Shown: positions 40,275 through 51,114, counted from the first letter of the whole stretch. The stretch is DNA of 62,507 nt, filler included, from Nitrospinae bacterium RIFCSPLOWO2_12_FULL_45_22 (GCA_001803565.1; 4 parts of 4 records of this genome joined end to end with filler, not necessarily neighbours in it); one strand, 5' to 3'. Notes: generated by a model not told the origin, from the sequence alone. Program-made: numbers and translations.

Positions 40275-40445
40275 TTACCGCTTGAAGAGTCTCTTCAGCA
40301 AATTCAGCAGCCTTGAACTATGAGGGTCAATGAACTGGTAATGGCAGTGGGGACAACAGACCAGTTGGCAGTTGTTCCCCATAGGGCAATTTCTGCACTC
40401 TATCTTTTCCCTGGGAATATTATAGCCACAGAGGGGGCATTTCAT
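40275..40445 (-). CDS. 56-aa Cys-rich peptide coupled to feoB
   Basis: Not in ORF track. MKCPLCGYNIPREKIECRNCPMGNNCQLVCCPHCHYQFIDPHSSRLLNLLKRLFKR; the ATG overlaps the feoB stop. Confidence 0.8.
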   Translation of the reverse strand: MKCPLCGYNIPREKIECRNCPMGNNCQLVCCPHCHYQFIDPHSSRLLNLLKRLFKR

Positions 40446-42418
40446 AACTCTATCCCCTCCCAGCGCAAGATAAGATTAAGCAGACCACCTACCAGGAAAG
40501 CCGTAGGAAAAATAAAAGCTGCCATAGCCAGGGCCGTCTTCAGGCCCCGCTCTTTAATAATGATAAAAAAATTAGCAACACAAGGGACAAAGAGGGTAAT
40601 GGTGACCAGGCTGACTAATATCTGGATAGGGTCCATAGCCCCAGCTTTAGCTAAAGAATAGAGGCCCGCAGCACCATAATCCCGGCGTAAAAAACCTAAA
40701 ATAAAGGCCGCGGTACTCTCAGCAGGCAAGCCCAGGAAACCGGTTATTATCGGGGAAGCCCCACGCTCAATTATGCCCAGGAGCTGCAGTTTTACTAACA
40801 AGAATAACGCAAATGTCCCTAAAATAAATAAGGGAACCGCCTCCTTGAGGTACCATTCTACCCGGGCTATGGTCTTGATAACTATGTTAGAGATTTGGGG
40901 GATACGAATAGGGGGTAGTTCTAGCACAAAGTCTGATCCCTTCCCAGGAATAACTAAAGAAGCCAGATAACCTACTATCAGGATCACTCCGATAATGACC
41001 CCCAACCATATGATAGTAGCTTTAAAAGATAAGCCCCCTAACATACCCAGGATAACCCCTAGTTGGGCAGAGCAGGGAACTCCCAGGGCCAGCAGTAGAG
41101 TGACAATTACCCGTTCTTTTTTCGATTCCAGGATACGAGACGTTAGGGTAGCCATGGTATCGCAGCCTAAACCTAATACCATGGGCAATACCGCCTTTCC
41201 ATGAAGGCCCATTACCTTAAATAACTTGTTGACCATAACTGCTAACCGCGGCAGATAGCCCGAATCTTCCAAGAGGCCAAATATTAAGAAAAAGGTAGTT
41301 ACAATAGGGAATACAATAGCGATAGAATAAGAAAGGGCCATAGTTATCAGCCCGTATTCGCCTACTAATAACTCCTGGATGAATTTTACGGGGATGGTAG
41401 CCGTAACTAATTTGATAGACCAGGGATTAATATAACGGCCGAAGAGTACCTCTTCAAAGAAACCCACCAGGGTGCCGGCACCAAACTCGCCCACAAACTT
41501 ATAGGTCAGATACAATACCAATAAGAAAACCGGTATGCCGGCTATGGGATGAACACACCATTGGCCAATCCTGGCGGTGAATGAACTTTTATCCGGCCTC
41601 ACGGTAAACATTACCTGATCAAGGATAGTATCAGCCGTGCGCAAACGCCGTTCAGTAATCACATAGTTTAGGGGTTCATTAAATTTTTTCTGGAGATTTT
41701 GATGTAAAGACTCAATCTTATCAATGGCTTCTGGGGATAAATTTTCATGGAGCCACTCCTTTAGGCTCTCATCACCGGCCAGGAGCATTAACCCCAGAGA
41801 CCTTTTGGAGATAGCGGCAGGGGGTAAGAGGGGTTCTATCTGTTGCAAATAATCCTCAATAACCGGATGATATGTTACCTGATAAGGGGAAGATTTAAGG
41901 TGCTCAAGGCCCTTTATCAGACTATTAATACCCTTTCTCTGGGTAGCAATAGTAGTAACCGTACTAACTCCCAGCAAACCGGAAAGCTTTTGAGTATCAA
42001 TAAATATCCCCCGGCTTCGGGCTTCGTCCTCCATATTAAGATCCAATAAGAAAGGGAAGCCCATCTCGGCTAACTGGAGAGAGATAAGAAGCCCCCGGCG
42101 TAGGTTCTTAGTGTCGGCTACCTGGATAATCTTCGAGGGGTTTTCTTTAAGGAGGATATCCCGGGTTACTTTTTCATCTTCAGATAAAGGGTTCAAATTA
42201 TTAACCCCCGGGGTATCGAGAACTATGCAGTTCTTTTTATTCAAGGAGGCGCTTCCACTAGTAATCTCTACTGTAGTACCCGGGTAGTTAGATACGGTAA
42301 CATATTTACCGGTAAGCAGGTTAAAGATAGCGCTCTTGCCCACATTGGGGTTACCGATTAATAATACCTTTTCTCCTCCCCCCTCATCGCCCTTGGCCTT
42401 CTTTTGGTGAGTATGCAT
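40442..42418 (-). CDS. feoB: Ferrous iron transporter B
   Basis: GNPNVGKS, VSNYPGTTV, DTPG, LEDSGYLPR, GLGC, PCSAQ. Confidence 0.96.
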   Translation of the reverse strand: MHTHQKKAKGDEGGGEKVLLIGNPNVGKSAIFNLLTGKYVTVSNYPGTTVEITSGSASLNKKNCIVLDTPGVNNLNPLSEDEKVTRDILLKENPSKIIQVADTKNLRRGLLISLQLAEMGFPFLLDLNMEDEARSRGIFIDTQKLSGLLGVSTVTTIATQRKGINSLIKGLEHLKSSPYQVTYHPVIEDYLQQIEPLLPPAAISKRSLGLMLLAGDESLKEWLHENLSPEAIDKIESLHQNLQKKFNEPLNYVITERRLRTADTILDQVMFTVRPDKSSFTARIGQWCVHPIAGIPVFLLVLYLTYKFVGEFGAGTLVGFFEEVLFGRYINPWSIKLVTATIPVKFIQELLVGEYGLITMALSYSIAIVFPIVTTFFLIFGLLEDSGYLPRLAVMVNKLFKVMGLHGKAVLPMVLGLGCDTMATLTSRILESKKERVIVTLLLALGVPCSAQLGVILGMLGGLSFKATIIWLGVIIGVILIVGYLASLVIPGKGSDFVLELPPIRIPQISNIVIKTIARVEWYLKEAVPLFILGTFALFLLVKLQLLGIIERGASPIITGFLGLPAESTAAFILGFLRRDYGAAGLYSLAKAGAMDPIQILVSLVTITLFVPCVANFFIIIKERGLKTALAMAAFIFPTAFLVGGLLNLILRWEGIEL

Positions 42419-42519
42419 AGTCCTGTCCCTTCCAATTTTATTGATATTGAGTTGCAATTAATATTAACAGAACCTGATATGCCTGTCAAGCATTGTGGAG
42501 AGTAGAGATAGGTCCCAGA

Positions 42520-42663
42520 GTAACAGTTCACGGGGTTCAGTTGACAGGGTTCAGGAAAAGACTTTAAATTTTGAATAGTTATCAATATTTGGAGATTGAG
42601 CGAAAGATGCCTTTGACGAAAAGCTTGTCTGACAACTGATCCCTGACCGCCGTGAACTGTTAC
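42520..42663. mobile_element. MITE, 144 bp, 14-bp perfect TIRs, GTCCCAG flanking direct repeat
   Basis: gtcccaga|gtaacagttcacgg ... ccgtgaactgttac|gtcccagc. Confidence 0.8.
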
Positions 42664-42771
42664 GTCCCAGCTATAGAAGAATGGAAATGAACCGTAGCGG
42701 GCGCAGAATACGCAGAGACAAAAGGGGTCGCCTTTCTCTGCGTACTCTGCGGTAAGCGATTACCGGCGAGT

Positions 42772-43686
42772 TTATGGGTTCTTAGCTAGAAACTCTTTTA
42801 TTATGGCTACTACTTCTTCCGGGGCATCTTCCTGCAAGAAATGGCCTGCCCGAGGAACCAGGCGGAGCTCCGCATGGGGATAGATCATTTTCCAAAACTC
42901 TGGTAGTCGCTTGACATCTAGCAAGTCATCGTCTTCTCCCCATACCAGCAGGGTAGGAACCTTTAGCCGATTGAGCTTTTCTTGTATGCCGAGCATGGTG
43001 GGCCGGGAGGGGTGGTCTCTCTCCAGAGGTACATCCTGGATAGCCATGGTAGGGATGCGGGAGTTATAGTCAGGAAAAGGTGCCCGGTAGGCCCGCACAA
43101 ATTCCGGGGTAATCTTTTCTTTCCTGATAATTGCCCCAGGCAAAAAGCCTTCTACAAAGACATTAAAACCCAAGAGCATTGCCTCACCTAACCAGGGTTC
43201 CCGGCACATCTTAAAGAGGGGGGGTAGCTCCTGTCCGAATTCCTCAGGAAAATCAAAGGCCCAGGTACTCATTATTACCAGGCGCTTGATCTTCTCTGGG
43301 TGCTCCACCGCATAACCCATACCAATAGGGCCGCCCCAGTCTTGCATTACTAAAGTAATATTCTTTAGGTCAAGGCGGTCCATTACTCCAGAGAAGAACT
43401 TAATACGATTCTTAAGGCGGTACAGCTCTCGATCCAGGGGAGTATCAGAACGACCATAGCCTATATGATCCGGGGCAATGGCCCGATATCCGGCTTTCAC
43501 TAAAGGAGGGATAAAATTGCGATAGAGGAAAGACCAGGTAGGATTGCCATGAAGCATGACTACTGGCTCTGCCTTAGGGTTGTTTGGTGGAGCCTCATCC
43601 ACATAATGGAGTCGAACATCATTAATCTTGATATAGTTGGACTTAAAGGGATATTCACCACCAAAAGTATCACTATGAATGTCCAT
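42772..43686 (-). CDS. Haloalkane dehalogenase / OleB-like alpha/beta hydrolase
   Basis: LHGNPTWSFLYR, QDWGGPIG (Asp nucleophile), AGHFLQED. Confidence 0.88.
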   Translation of the reverse strand: MDIHSDTFGGEYPFKSNYIKINDVRLHYVDEAPPNNPKAEPVVMLHGNPTWSFLYRNFIPPLVKAGYRAIAPDHIGYGRSDTPLDRELYRLKNRIKFFSGVMDRLDLKNITLVMQDWGGPIGMGYAVEHPEKIKRLVIMSTWAFDFPEEFGQELPPLFKMCREPWLGEAMLLGFNVFVEGFLPGAIIRKEKITPEFVRAYRAPFPDYNSRIPTMAIQDVPLERDHPSRPTMLGIQEKLNRLKVPTLLVWGEDDDLLDVKRLPEFWKMIYPHAELRLVPRAGHFLQEDAPEEVVAIIKEFLAKNP

Positions 43687-43925
43687 AATATCCTCCTCCC
43701 CACGAAAACAAAGGTTGTAAGATTTATTATGCCCATAACCCGCATCCCCATCCTATCTTTTCCTCTCGAAGATGTCAATAAGGAATCTGTTCTTGCATAA
43801 GGACATATTGGCTAACCTTTTAGGGGGAATGGAGGATGGCGAAATTTTTTTCAGCTTTTCGAATCAAGTTAGTATATAATAGGAATATAAAAACAGATTT
43901 GTGCTGATAAAGGAGCTGATGTTGT

Positions 43926-45458
43926 ATGATCAAGGGAATAATCCCTTTTATCCTATCGATTTTCTGGCTCTGGCAGTCTGGCTCAGTCGGAGCAACTAAT
44001 CTTTCCATTCAGAATAAGACGGGTCAGTCCTTCTCTTCTCTTAACCGTTATGTCTATCTCATTAAACTCGATGATAAGATAATCAACCCTATTACCTATG
44101 AATATGTGCATAAGGCTATCCAGCAAGCCGAGAAAGAACAGGCCCAATGCCTGGTGATAGAACTGGATACTCCGGGGGGGCTGCTGAATTCTACCCGGAG
44201 TATAGTAAAAGACATCATGAATGCCCAGGTACCGGTAGTAGTCTATATATCGCCCCAGGGTGCCCGGGCTGGGTCAGCCGGGGTTTTTATTACTCTGGCC
44301 AGCCATATCGCAGCAATGGCCCCCAGCACTAATATTGGCGCTGCCCATCCCGTTAATATCGGCGGGGAAGAAGATAAAGGTTCCTGGAAGGAATTTTTCC
44401 GTGAGCTGAGTCGCTACCGCCAGAAAGAGAGAGAGGGAAAAGAAGAGGAGAAGGAGGCGAAAAAAGGAGAGGGGGAAGGGAAAAAAGAGGAGAAAAGTGA
44501 AAAGGTAAAAGAACCCAAAAAACAACCTAAAGAGGAAACCGAAGAAGAAGCTCCCCAAAAATCAACCTCTCCTATGCAGGATAAGATCATTAATGATACG
44601 GTGGCCTGGGTCCGGGCTCTAGCAGCCGCCCGGGGCCGGAACCAGGACTGGGCCGAAGCCGCGGTGATAAAGAGCGTCTCGGTGCCAGAGAAAGAAGCCC
44701 TGGAGAAAAATGTTATAGACCTTATTGCCTCTGATATTTCAGAACTGCTGGAGAAGATTGATGGTCGTACGGTAGCCATCATGGATAGAACCTTTATCTT
44801 AAAGACCAAAGATGTAGAGATACGACATATACCTATGTCTGCCCGACAGCGCATCCTGGATGCCATTATAAACCCCAATATTGCCTATATCCTGATGATT
44901 CTGGGCTTCTATGGCCTCCTCTTCGAGATAACCCATCCCGGGGCCGGTTTTCCCGGGATTGCCGGAGCGATTTGTATTATCCTCGCCTTTTATGCCTTCC
45001 AGTCCCTCCCGGTTAACTATGCAGGACTTGCTTTAATTGGCCTTTCCCTGGCCCTCTTTGTTGCCGAGGTTAAGGTACAGAGTTTTGGCCTCTTGGCCCT
45101 CGGGGGTATTATCTCTATGCTATTAGGCTCCCTTATGCTTATAGATTCTCCCCTGGCCTTTATGCGGGTATCTCTCGGGGTTATTATCCCCATTGTCCTG
45201 TCTACCGCTACTATCATTATTTTCCTTATTAGTGCCGTATTAAGGGTCCATATGCGTAAGTCGGTTACAGGTCAGGAAGGGCTCCTGGGCGAGATAGGGG
45301 TAGCAGAGACCGATATTATGCCAGAGGGTAAGGTCTTTGTCCATGGTGAGATCTGGAATGCTATCACTAATAAGGGGGTGGATGTAATTGGTAAGGGTGA
45401 GCGGGTCAAGGTAATAGCCGTAGAAGGATTGAAAGTCATTATCGAAAAATTAAAGTAA
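43926..45458 (+). CDS. nfeD: NfeD-family membrane serine protease
   Basis: LDTPGG, GARAGSAG, NIGAAHPV, TM region, C-terminal GKVFVHGEIWNA; upstream of an SPFH gene. Confidence 0.92.
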   Translation: MIKGIIPFILSIFWLWQSGSVGATNLSIQNKTGQSFSSLNRYVYLIKLDDKIINPITYEYVHKAIQQAEKEQAQCLVIELDTPGGLLNSTRSIVKDIMNAQVPVVVYISPQGARAGSAGVFITLASHIAAMAPSTNIGAAHPVNIGGEEDKGSWKEFFRELSRYRQKEREGKEEEKEAKKGEGEGKKEEKSEKVKEPKKQPKEETEEEAPQKSTSPMQDKIINDTVAWVRALAAARGRNQDWAEAAVIKSVSVPEKEALEKNVIDLIASDISELLEKIDGRTVAIMDRTFILKTKDVEIRHIPMSARQRILDAIINPNIAYILMILGFYGLLFEITHPGAGFPGIAGAICIILAFYAFQSLPVNYAGLALIGLSLALFVAEVKVQSFGLLALGGIISMLLGSLMLIDSPLAFMRVSLGVIIPIVLSTATIIIFLISAVLRVHMRKSVTGQEGLLGEIGVAETDIMPEGKVFVHGEIWNAITNKGVDVIGKGERVKVIAVEGLKVIIEKLK

Positions 45459-45612
45459 AGGAATTTCCTTTTTGGACGCACACCCACTTCGTGGGTACCC
45501 GACGCAGATTTTTAAGATATCCCCATTATATTAACCGGCAATAATCTGTGTCTCCAATATAATTTTTAGGTTTATAAAAACTCTGAGAAAACATTTTTAA
45601 AGGGAGGGAATC

Positions 45613-46371
45613 GTGATGATGTCATTTCCTGTATTAGTAATCCTTATACCGGTTCTTTATCTTTTTAGTTGTATCCGGATCATCAGGGAATATGAACGAG
45701 CGGTAATATTCCGTTTAGGGAAATTACTGCCAGCTCCCAAAGGTCCGGGCCTGATCTTTGTCTGGTGGCCTATTGATAAGATGGTGGATGTAAGTTTGCG
45801 GCTGGTGGCCCTGGATGTACCACCCCAGGATGTCATAACCCGAGATAATGTATCCGTTAAAGTAAATGCTGTATTATATTTCCGGGTGATGGAACCCAGT
45901 AAGGCAACGGTGGAGGTAGAGAATTATCTCTATGCCACTTCCCAGCTAGCCCAAACCACTTTGCGGAGTGTGTTGGGTCAGGCCGAGCTAGATGAGCTTT
46001 TGGCCGAGCGAGATAAGATCAATAAGAACCTCCAGGAGATAATCGATAAGCATACTGATCCCTGGGGGATCAAGGTCACCAATGTCGAGGTAAAGCATAT
46101 AGATCTGCCCCAGGAGATGAAGCGGGCCATGGCCAAGCAAGCCGAGGCAGAGCGGGAGCGCCGGTCAAAAGTGATTGCTGCTGAAGGAGAATATCAGGCC
46201 GCCACACGCCTGGTGGATGCAGCACAGATGATGGAAGCCCATCCTATGGCTTTACAGTTGCGCTTCCTGCAGACCCTGGCCGAAGTAGCCACGGAGAACA
46301 ACTCTACCACTATTTTCCCAGTACCCATAGACCTTTTTAAGACCTTCTTCATCCAGGATAAAACGACTTAA
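45613..46371 (+). CDS. SPFH/slipin (stomatin-like) protein
   Basis: [33 protein letters not shown]. Confidence 0.93.
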   Translation: MMMSFPVLVILIPVLYLFSCIRIIREYERAVIFRLGKLLPAPKGPGLIFVWWPIDKMVDVSLRLVALDVPPQDVITRDNVSVKVNAVLYFRVMEPSKATVEVENYLYATSQLAQTTLRSVLGQAELDELLAERDKINKNLQEIIDKHTDPWGIKVTNVEVKHIDLPQEMKRAMAKQAEAERERRSKVIAAEGEYQAATRLVDAAQMMEAHPMALQLRFLQTLAEVATENNSTTIFPVPIDLFKTFFIQDKTT

Positions 46372-46445
46372 AACAATATTTGCCCAAAAAATCTTTTGAA
46401 TAGTGTGGGGGATTGGCCTCCCTGGGTAATCCCCCCAATGCAAAA

Positions 46446-47228
46446 ATGGACTATTCTTTTCTAGATCGGCCAGAGATACTTCAGTTTATCTTTTATCCCA
46501 GGAAAGACCCGGTGGGGAAGCCATCGGTATCGAATGCCACCGATTATTTCATCCCGGTAGAAGAGGGTATTGGCATTGGGTGCCGTTTTTATACCGCTGG
46601 CCAAAACTCTCCCAATATCCTCTATTTCCATGGCAATGGAGAGATTGTAGCGGATCATGATTATATTGCCCCAATGTATAATGAGAGAGGCATTAATCTG
46701 TTTGTGGCTGACTATCGGGGCTATGGCATGAGTGATGGGACACCGACGTTTAATGCCATGATGGCTGATGCCCACATCCTGTTCAGAGAATTTTGTAAGG
46801 TCTTAAGAGATAATTCTTATACTGGCCCTCTCTTCCTCATGGGCCGTTCATTAGGAAGCGCCTCGGTGGTAGAGTTGGCCTATCATTACCAGGCACAAAT
46901 GAAAGGGTTGATCATCGAGAGTGGATTTGCCAATATCCTGGGGCTGTTCGAGCATCTGGGCTTTCCGGTAAAAAGTTTTGGTTTTACTGAAGAGCCGAAA
47001 TTTTCCAATCGGGTAAAGGTCCGCTCAATATCTATTCCCTCTTTGATTATCCATGCAGAATATGACCAGCTTATCCCTTTAAGCGAGGCCCATGATCTGT
47101 TTAATAGTTTATCTACTGACGATAAACGTCTGGTAGTTATTCCCAGGGCAGACCACAATACCATCCTGGCCATAGGTATGGAGCCATACTTCCAGGCCCT
47201 TGAACACTTCATCTTTCGGCTTCTTTAA
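46446..47228 (+). CDS. Alpha/beta hydrolase
   Basis: YFHGNGE, DYRGYG, GRSLG, ADHN. Confidence 0.88.
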   Translation: MDYSFLDRPEILQFIFYPRKDPVGKPSVSNATDYFIPVEEGIGIGCRFYTAGQNSPNILYFHGNGEIVADHDYIAPMYNERGINLFVADYRGYGMSDGTPTFNAMMADAHILFREFCKVLRDNSYTGPLFLMGRSLGSASVVELAYHYQAQMKGLIIESGFANILGLFEHLGFPVKSFGFTEEPKFSNRVKVRSISIPSLIIHAEYDQLIPLSEAHDLFNSLSTDDKRLVVIPRADHNTILAIGMEPYFQALEHFIFRLL

Positions 47229-48258
47229 TCTCTAAGGAAGATATCCTTATGCCAATAAGTCTGACCCTTTTCTTCCATTCAAAGCGGTTGAATAGGGCGC
47301 GGGCAGCCGGCCAGATATCGTCAAAAGAGTCCGTAAAGGCTGGTAGGGTATGGGCATGGGTAATAGTAACAAAATCCTCATAGCGGATCTTTACCGTTAC
47401 TGTCTTTCCTTGATACCCTTCCTCTTGAAGCCTCTGCCAGGCATCCTTGGTTAAGCGATAGAGTATCTGCCTGAGGAAAGGCAGGTTCCTGGTATCACGC
47501 TGAAAAGTAACTTCGCGGCTAAAGGACCTGGGCTCATGATAAGGTTCTACCGGGCTATGATCAATCCCTTGAGCATGCTCGTGCATGGCCCGGCCAAAGG
47601 CCTCACCAAAGACCTCGATCAGTTGTTCTACGGGCGTCCGGGCCAGTTGGCCGATAGTACGGACTCCCAGTTGCTTTAACCGCGCTTCAGTCTTAGGCCC
47701 GATCCCCCAGAGCCTTGAGGCAGGCATATTCTCTAAAACCTTTGATATCTCTTCCGGTTTGATTACCGTTAACCCATCAGGCTTCTGCATATCACTGGCC
47801 ATCTTAGCCAGGAGTTTATTAGGAGCAATGCCAATAGAGGCGGTGAGATCTAATTCGTTTTTAATCCTGGCCTTGATATGCTTAGCCAGCTCTAGCGGTT
47901 CCCCCAGAGCGGTATCGGTTATATCTAAGAATGCCTCATCCAACCCGATGATCTCGGTGACAGGCGAGAATCCTTGCAGGATAGCCATGACTTTTTCTGA
48001 GGCCTCGGCATAGGCCTGGTAATCTACCGGTAAAAAGATAGCCTGGGGGCAGCGCCGATATGCCTCCCGGAGGGGCATAGCGGAGTGTATCCCATACTGT
48101 CGGGCTTCATAAGAAGCGGTAGCGACTACTCCTCGCTCCTGGGGGTTGCCCCGTCCCCCGACGACTAGAGGCTTACCAGCATATTCCGGATGCTGCTGTA
48201 TTTCTACGGCCGCAAAAAAGGCATCCATATCTATATGCAGAATAACTCTCTCAGGCAT
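47209..48258 (-). CDS. dinB: DNA polymerase IV
   Basis: HIDMDAFFAAVE, TASYEAR, LDEAFLD, KLLAKMASDMQKPDG. Confidence 0.95.
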   Translation of the reverse strand: MPERVILHIDMDAFFAAVEIQQHPEYAGKPLVVGGRGNPQERGVVATASYEARQYGIHSAMPLREAYRRCPQAIFLPVDYQAYAEASEKVMAILQGFSPVTEIIGLDEAFLDITDTALGEPLELAKHIKARIKNELDLTASIGIAPNKLLAKMASDMQKPDGLTVIKPEEISKVLENMPASRLWGIGPKTEARLKQLGVRTIGQLARTPVEQLIEVFGEAFGRAMHEHAQGIDHSPVEPYHEPRSFSREVTFQRDTRNLPFLRQILYRLTKDAWQRLQEEGYQGKTVTVKIRYEDFVTITHAHTLPAFTDSFDDIWPAARALFNRFEWKKRVRLIGIRISSLEIKEAER

Positions 48259-48373
48259 AAGGCATAATCCTATTCCCCAAGACAGTGGAGTAAGACAGAA
48301 ATTAAAGAACCTTTTGTGTCCAGTTTCTGTGCCCGCTCTCCTTTTTCACTTCATATTGATAGACCTAATGAGA

Positions 48374-51112
48374 TCATTTGCTAAACAGGGGAATTCTAGA
48401 CTTTCCTTCAACGACCCTAACTAAATCAGAAAATGTTGTGAATTTTCCCTCACCAAAGGATTTTTGTTCCACCCGAATATAATTCCATATTTTTCCCACC
48501 TGGGCTGATACCTTTCGGCACCAATTGATAATACTCGCTTCCTTATAGGCGACAGCTTCATAGACCTGCCCCTTGGTCTCTATGATCCAATGAGTTTCTT
48601 TCCCGTTTCTCGTCTCCTGAACCGCTACAAAATCCGGATAGTAAAACTTGATCGCACCAGAAGGGCTGAGGTAATCGACCCGAAAGCGGGTGAAGTGCTC
48701 TGCCAGCGCTGCAAACCGCAAAATGTCCGGGCAGCGGTCTAAGAATTTGGCAAACGCTGATTCAAAATCGTTATAAGTTGCCACATAATTGAAGATGGTA
48801 TGCTCACATTGGAGGTGGCGCCTTCTCCATATAAATGGTTGCGTATCTGAAAGTTTAAACCTTGCCTCCTCGAACTCGATCCCACGTTCCTCGGCGGTGA
48901 GGTCACTAATCTTCTTGGCGAGGTATCGGGCGATCCCCTGCTGGAGCATGGGTGATCGCAGGTGGTTACGAATATTTTCATTTTCCAGGTCTATCTGCTG
49001 CCCAAAACACCGATCCGCCACATATGTCCGCACGATTGGATAGAGTTCCGCAAAGACACTCGATAGCCGCGCCTCGGCAATAACCTTATTGGTTATTGAA
49101 GAAAGCACCTCCTGACTGAGAGGAATAATCCCTGGCATAAAGGCGGTTCGATGAATTTCGGTTTCAGTGGTAGCAAACTCCATTTTAAGGGTAATTCGAT
49201 ACTCTTCTTCAAGCTCTTCCCGGTCATAAATTGGGTCGAGACGGAGGGGATCGATGGAAGCCAATTTTTTATAGTCGTGAAGGAAGACAGGCCGGGTCAA
49301 GGGAATGGTGATATCATATTTGATCTTCTCCTGAACGGGCTCGATCTTGATCGGTGGGGCAGGTGGCTTGGTGACAGTCTGAATCCCCACCCCTTCCATC
49401 TCCAACTGCCTCACGAAATCTTCAAAGGCTTTCGTACCCATAACCTCCAGCGTTTGAGTACGGTCGGGGCTGATATTTTCCATTAACCGAAGCCCTCGGC
49501 CCACCGCCTGCTCGGGAAGGATCTTGGCCTTCGACGTGAATGGCCGCAGGCCAAGAACTACCGAGACATTTTTGACATCCCATCCCTCTCTCAACATCAT
49601 CACACTGACAATAACCTTGATCTTGTTGGTAGGCAGATCGATGTCACGCGCTGCCTCGCGAGCTTCTTCGAGATCCTTTTTGGTAATCTCGCCCTCTGAA
49701 TCTGTATGAATTATTAATACCTCACTCCCTTTCAGTCCTGTCCTATTCACCTTGTCCACTAACCATTTGCCTATCTCATCGGCAAAGGCATTCTTCTCGG
49801 CCATAACAAATAAGACCGGCTTCGGTCCTAAAGCCTTGTAAGTCTTATAATGCTCCCTCCAGCGCTCCAGGGCGGCAAGGAGCCATTCTCCATATACGTC
49901 CGTCACATTATCCTTAGTTACTTTTTCGGGGTCAGACCGCCTCACCTGGTGGACAATAAGGGGCGCTTTGACTACCCGATCTTCCACCGCCTGAGCCAGG
50001 GGATAATCACAGATGATCCAGGGATAATAGGTACCATTCTGGTCTTTGGGTGTGGCCGAGAAGTCTAGCCATAATGCTAATCCATTGGGAATGGTTTCGT
50101 GGATTGCCATAAGGGTCTTGTGCCAGGCCAGGTCTTCATCGTGGACATGGTGGGCCTCGTCATTCATCACTACCAGATCCCGAAGGCCCTTTATCCGTTC
50201 CAACATGGAGCGTTGGTGAGAAGCAAGGTCTCTAACGGGCTTCCGGCCCAGAAGGGCATCCACAGCGTTGGCCGGTGTCCACTCATCATCCCGCCATTCA
50301 TAGATCTGATGAATATTGGTGAGAAAAAGATTTCCAGTGGGGTCTGGCTCACTACTCTCCCCCCTCAGAATGACCTCCAAATTCCATTGCCACTCAGGGG
50401 GTATAAGGGGCAACGCATAAAAGATTCGATTGTTGGCAAAATCCCTCTCGAGGCGCTGGTAGACAATCACGTTGGGGGCGACGATAAGAAAATTAGTGGA
50501 TAGGTCAGACCCCTTGACCATCTTCCGATGGAAGTACGACCAGACCATAACCATTGCCATCACATACGTTTTGCCAGAACCAGTGGCCATCTTAAAGGCA
50601 TAACGCCGGAGGTTCTCGGGAGGGAGATCCTGTAGGCCGTCACTCTCTAACTCCGGGAAATACCGCCTGATCTGTCGGTGACCATTCATGGTAGTCTGGT
50701 GCTCGATACTGTATGAGAACAGATCCCTCCGGAAGATCTCTGCAAAAGAGTCAATGAGGGGTTTGGCATCGCGGTTCTTTTTGATTTCGATGAGGTAAAC
50801 GAGGGTCTCTACCGCCTCTCGTTGACCAAAGTAGTAGTGGAAATTGCTTCCGTTTACCAGGTGATCTTCCTCGAACCAGAATTGGAATAGTCGCTGAGTC
50901 ACAGGAGATGCCCCCGGGTATCCATCATCCCGCCACCTATCCACGGCTTGACGAAGCCGATTTACTAATAGCATCTTGCTCGGCCGGCGTCCCTCTGCGA
51001 TTTCAAAATCTTCGGCCGTCTTTTTAATCAGATGGCAATCTGGCCTGACGTGGGCCAGCCGTTCCGGGACCTCAGGCAGGTCTTTATCATAGGAAATTAC
51101 GGCTTTTGCCAT
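48374..51112 (-). CDS. res: Type III restriction enzyme Res subunit
   Basis: MATGSGKT, DEAHH, LREGWD, QAVGRGLR, C-terminal YPDF...IETKG nuclease motif. Confidence 0.9.
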   Translation of the reverse strand: MAKAVISYDKDLPEVPERLAHVRPDCHLIKKTAEDFEIAEGRRPSKMLLVNRLRQAVDRWRDDGYPGASPVTQRLFQFWFEEDHLVNGSNFHYYFGQREAVETLVYLIEIKKNRDAKPLIDSFAEIFRRDLFSYSIEHQTTMNGHRQIRRYFPELESDGLQDLPPENLRRYAFKMATGSGKTYVMAMVMVWSYFHRKMVKGSDLSTNFLIVAPNVIVYQRLERDFANNRIFYALPLIPPEWQWNLEVILRGESSEPDPTGNLFLTNIHQIYEWRDDEWTPANAVDALLGRKPVRDLASHQRSMLERIKGLRDLVVMNDEAHHVHDEDLAWHKTLMAIHETIPNGLALWLDFSATPKDQNGTYYPWIICDYPLAQAVEDRVVKAPLIVHQVRRSDPEKVTKDNVTDVYGEWLLAALERWREHYKTYKALGPKPVLFVMAEKNAFADEIGKWLVDKVNRTGLKGSEVLIIHTDSEGEITKKDLEEAREAARDIDLPTNKIKVIVSVMMLREGWDVKNVSVVLGLRPFTSKAKILPEQAVGRGLRLMENISPDRTQTLEVMGTKAFEDFVRQLEMEGVGIQTVTKPPAPPIKIEPVQEKIKYDITIPLTRPVFLHDYKKLASIDPLRLDPIYDREELEEEYRITLKMEFATTETEIHRTAFMPGIIPLSQEVLSSITNKVIAEARLSSVFAELYPIVRTYVADRCFGQQIDLENENIRNHLRSPMLQQGIARYLAKKISDLTAEERGIEFEEARFKLSDTQPFIWRRRHLQCEHTIFNYVATYNDFESAFAKFLDRCPDILRFAALAEHFTRFRVDYLSPSGAIKFYYPDFVAVQETRNGKETHWIIETKGQVYEAVAYKEASIINWCRKVSAQVGKIWNYIRVEQKSFGEGKFTTFSDLVRVVEGKSRIPLFSK

Positions 51113-51114
51113 GG

